This document shows, in pieces, positions 59,624 to 64,000 of a stretch of DNA of 64,000 bases. Origin of the DNA: Bugula neritina. Taxonomy: Eukaryota > Animalia > Bryozoa. The notes beneath the pieces are model-generated. The model was given only the letters and a program-made list of their open reading frames with translations. It was not told where the DNA came from and did no database searches. The position numbers were made by a program, and so were the translations under genes. Positions within the stretch are counted from its first letter, which is position 1. Each line of letters opens with the position of its first letter. Where the stretch lies: contig OZ037773.1 of NCBI GenBank assembly GCA_964035545.1, positions 9,205,751-9,269,750 of the forward strand, given 5' to 3'.

Positions 59624-61769
59624 AGTAACTACAGGTTATGATCTTATTTCAGCAATATAAAACGACCTAGATGTTAGTATAACAGTGTGACGAATGCTGT
59701 ATTTCTGACGCTACATCAGGATCTGTTAAAGTAGCCAATCAGCTAACCTTTAGGTTATAATAAGATGGAGTCGTCGGTTACTTATGTACCCAGTGAAGCA
59801 GAACTCAATAACACGTGATAGATGACTTATAGGACTTTGTTATTCCAGGCTTCCATGCAGAGTTGAAAGAATGTCTGCATATATTTTACTTATTGAAAGC
59901 TATTACTTTATTGAACATGATAGCTTGTATTCTATAATGTATATTCATTCTTCAAAAGCTTTATTGCAGGTTTTCAAGTTGTTCTATATCAAAGTTATAG
60001 TGTATGCCAGCATCATTCATTACCACTAACCCACGCAGTGCTATCCTAAGGGTAATGCAGTACATCAATCATTTATATCCAGACTAATAAGGATTTGATG
60101 ATTATATAGATTAGTATTTTTGAATAAATTAGTATAGTTGGGGGACTTGATATTTAACAGAGTCAATACTAATTTATTGCTATCTTCATAATTTTTCCTG
60201 ATTCAAAGTGCATGGAGATCAACTATATAACTAACTATATATATTAACACAGGGTTGAGCACAAGCAGCAGGTTCAAATTGACAGCATTTATAATTAATG
60301 TAGTTTTATAAGAAGAAAATTAAAATGTTGCTTTATGGTGCTAAAATAGTATTTAGATGTGTTTATAAAATATCTATCCAACTATAGAATGAGAAAAAAC
60401 ATTCTTGTATAGTATTATAGAATTATTGTATACATAAGTGAGTACTGTGACTGGTCATAATATTATAATAGTTCTCACCAAACTAACATTTCTCACATAT
60501 ATAAAGTGATTTTTATAAAATATGATATTCCCATACAGGTATAAGATATAATATCTATAATTTATCATCTATAATTGAATATAACAACTTAGAATAATTA
60601 GTAATATTAGACAGCCTCTCATCAATTTAAATGTCATTTTGGTTCCATGCTACATGTAAGCTATCAAATTATAACCATCACTCTAGCTACATATAGCTGT
60701 CAGCTAATCATCATCACATAACTCTGATTCTATAAGTTACCATGGCAATGCTTAAGATGTTTTGTATAAAAGATATTTGACTCCAAGATATTATGTAACA
60801 TATTCACTTTGACTGGCGCCTAAAGAAATCTTTCACTTGACCAACTTTCTAAACTGACTATATAATATTTCGTAATAGCTTTGAGTTTGGGTGCATGCCT
60901 CTAAGAAACATGAGGAGTGCAACACTATATGTTAAGTTTTTCCAGGATCATCAAGGATTGAAAGACCCATATAATATAGTTATCAAAGTTAATGCCAGTA
61001 TAATATTATAGTTCCATTAATCTAATGCTATAATTATAGGAGTAATATACATCAATCATTTCTACTAGGATTTTAAATTTTATGATGGCACTGGGTGATT
61101 AATAACACATAAGTAAGACCTGCTATAAGCGTCATGTATTTAGTTCAGACTGTAGAGTATTGAGTAACCAATTAGCAGAACTTATTTATGTCAATTGTTA
61201 TAGATGTTATTTGCCTTCTGATGTAAGCATAGTGTACAATATTCTTCAAAGTTATTGGGAGGACAACTTTCCGATTGCTTTCATTTACAGTTTTACACCA
61301 TTGATGTTACAGTGTCAATTTCACCAAACATAATTTACCTTCATGGCAACACAAAAATACAATCTGTTTTTCTAATATATTTTTTAATAAATGCTTTTAT
61401 AGATGAGATTTTGTTTTAACAGCCCACCATCAAATCAAACACAACAGGTGTACAGAATAAGTATGAGATTTACTTCTTATAATAGTCGCAATCTTGTTAT
61501 ATATGTAATTATCATATAACTATAAAGATATTATACTGCATGATAGACTAGCAAAATATAGCAAATGGGATATATTTCTTTCAACTCAATGCTATATGGA
61601 TATAATATATATATTAAAATCAAATGGTATAGCAAAATATTCTGTAAAAAAAGTTCATACATATGAAACTAAATGAAGCTATCAATTAATTTTTTTTTAA
61701 ACATTTTTTCAAACATTATTAGGTAAGATAAAAGCAACATGAGCAAGAAAAGCTTATTGATTGTAAATG

Positions 61770-61863
61770 TGGGCAATTATCTCTTCCTCCACCATGTTAT
61801 CTGGGAGATATCTTTTGAATGAGGAGATCTTTGAACTCAGATCTGTTGGTCTGAGACTCGGCC
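61770..61863 (-). pseudogene. Disrupted duplicate of P8 exon 2: AESQTNRSEFKDLLIQKISPR*HGGGRDNCP
   Basis: Homologous to 58757-58881. KR changed to KI, in-frame stop at 61797-61799, and upstream sequence replaced by unrelated DNA. Confidence 0.78.
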
Positions 61864-62192
61864 TGAGGTGGGCTAGCACTCACTAATACACCTTAACACA
61901 TTCTATTCTATTCAGACATATATTCTCTTCTTTCCCCAATTTTCAATCACCCAATTCACTCATCCTTCTCACAATCTCTTTCATACACATTCTGTTTTAT
62001 ATCCCCAACACTTACACAAGCCACACCCACATTATATGCACAGTATATTGATGCAAATATCACAGAGTTGTGCACTCGCTATACACACAAGAGTAAAAGA
62101 AGACAACTACAACTAACTTGCAAATTGGGATACAACAATATGTCATAATAGCTTTGAATTTGGGTGCTTCGAAGATACTTGAGGAGTGCAAC

Positions 62193-62336
<144 letters not shown>

Positions 62337-62783
62337 TATAATATACAATGCACAAGGTTCAATTACAGTTTATGCAACACACAGCAGTGCTGTTATAACA
62401 TATAACACTGTGTTTCAATGATTGCGAATTATGCAATGAATGATTATTTTTGGCTTGTGGTTTAATGCAATGACAGAAACATAATGATTAACTGTTTTAT
62501 TATGTAAGCTAAACTATTCATATATTATAGGTGCTGTACAATCATACATTATTATGAAACAATATATATAATATATGAAGGAATGTTACTTTCTGTTGCA
62601 GCATCCTGTTGTTACAAATAAGTAGTAAAACAACAATAACAACAAGTTGTGCAAGTGGATGATTGTAACACAGGCACTACAAACACTATATTAAGTTTTT
62701 CCAGGATCATCTTAAGAATTGAAAGTTCAATAAATTATACAATTATCAAAGCTAATGTATGCGCCAGCATATATTAAGCCATT

Positions 62784-63402
62784 CCCCCTGTTTGTACGCT
62801 GTAACAGCACAAACAAAATGGCGCTGACAAAAAGTACAACGCATGGCGTTGAGCCGTGACAAATCATAATAAGGCTAACTCTTGTCTGCGGTGACTTGTA
62901 CACCTTTGGATATTATTCACAAATTATTTGCAACATTCTTTTCAAAAGACGTTATATAAATGCTATTGACTAAATAAAAGCAAATAAAAAAAACAATCGC
63001 TTTTTTGAATATGTGTATCCTTGTAATAAATGTGCAAACTAATTTGAATATTAAATATTTTAGCCGTCCAAATAATTTTTAAGTTTCTGATTTTTGTGCT
63101 TTTGTGATTAGGGAAAGCTAGATTTTTAAACTGAGTTTAATTTAAACAACCAGGATAAAGATTTTTTAATCCTTTAAAACTTTTGAATTGGTTAAATTAA
63201 ATCAACAATAAGCTATTAAAATAAACTAGTGATAATGTTCTTTAAATTTTAGTACCCAATGAAAGCCTGCCGTGATTTTTTGAATCAAGCACTGCTTGAT
63301 CAACACCGCAGCGTATACAGGGTAAGATTCAGCCCGGATGTTACCAAAGGTGGTGGACATTTGCCATTACGGTGTACGGTATGGCAATGTGTGAACAAGG
63401 AG
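62784..63402. mobile_element. ~620-bp insertion, probable non-autonomous DNA transposon
   Basis: Interrupts a unit that is contiguous at ~58000. ATT on both sides, imperfect termini ccccctgttt / aacaaggag, small 3' hairpin at ~63360-63390. Confidence 0.55.
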
Positions 63403-64000
63403 ATTAACTTATTATATGAGTTTTACCCCAATCAGTTCTACTAGGATTCAGTTTTATGATGGCACCCGGTGATTATTAGCATGTAAATAAGACTTAATAT
63501 ATACACGGCATGTATAATTTAGTTCAGACTGTATAGAGCCTAAAGTAACCAAATCAGAATGATTGAAGAATTTGGGTCAAAGTTGTTGTTTTCCTTTTGA
63601 TATAAGCATAGTGTGCAATATTCTTTGAAGTTGTTGAGAGGACAGCTTTTCTATTTTTCTATTTACACCATTGATGTTACAGCGTCAATTTTTACAAATA
63701 TAATTAACAATTGAAGCGCAAACATACAATTAATTTTTCTAATATATTTTTCTAATAAATGCTCATAGAATAGATTTTATCCTAATCCAACACAACATTG
63801 CGTCAAACACAAATAAAGTAGATTTGCCTCTTGATAATAGTCACAATCTCGTAATATATATACACTGAAGATGTTATATATTGATAGGCTTGCAAAATGC
63901 AAGGTGTTTCATTCAACTCAACGCTATATGGATATAAAGTACCCAATCAGTTAACCTAAAAGTTACACTAACAGTGAAGCATAGTTCATTAGTGCTATTT

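Overview
AT-rich, intron-containing animal genomic DNA with many (AT)n microsatellites and local duplications. A non-insect invertebrate is likely, by inference. Most long ORFs in the supplied track are repeat artefacts; the real genes appear only after manual splicing. (1) A cluster of small two-coding-exon secreted prepropeptide genes: 8 complete, 1 cut by the window edge and 4 disrupted. Each has a signal-peptide exon, a phase-1 GT-AG intron, a short pro-region ending in KR or R-X-K-R, and a short mature peptide (Pro/Gly-rich ending G-F/L-Q, or Arg/Gly-rich). Substitutions between near-identical copies concentrate in the mature peptide. (2) Inside the cluster, two tandem 14-exon genes encode secreted ~625-aa proteins with a PAN/Apple-like module, a Cys-rich linker and three CTHRC1 C-terminal-like domains, with no collagen repeat. 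(3) A ~270-bp element carrying a type I hammerhead ribozyme sits in (AT)n tracts in three places. The window also holds a tRNA-derived SINE, several MITE/fold-back elements, a large inverted duplication, a ~9.3-kb tandem duplication and a young 10-bp satellite. All gene models and family calls were made by eye, without database searches.
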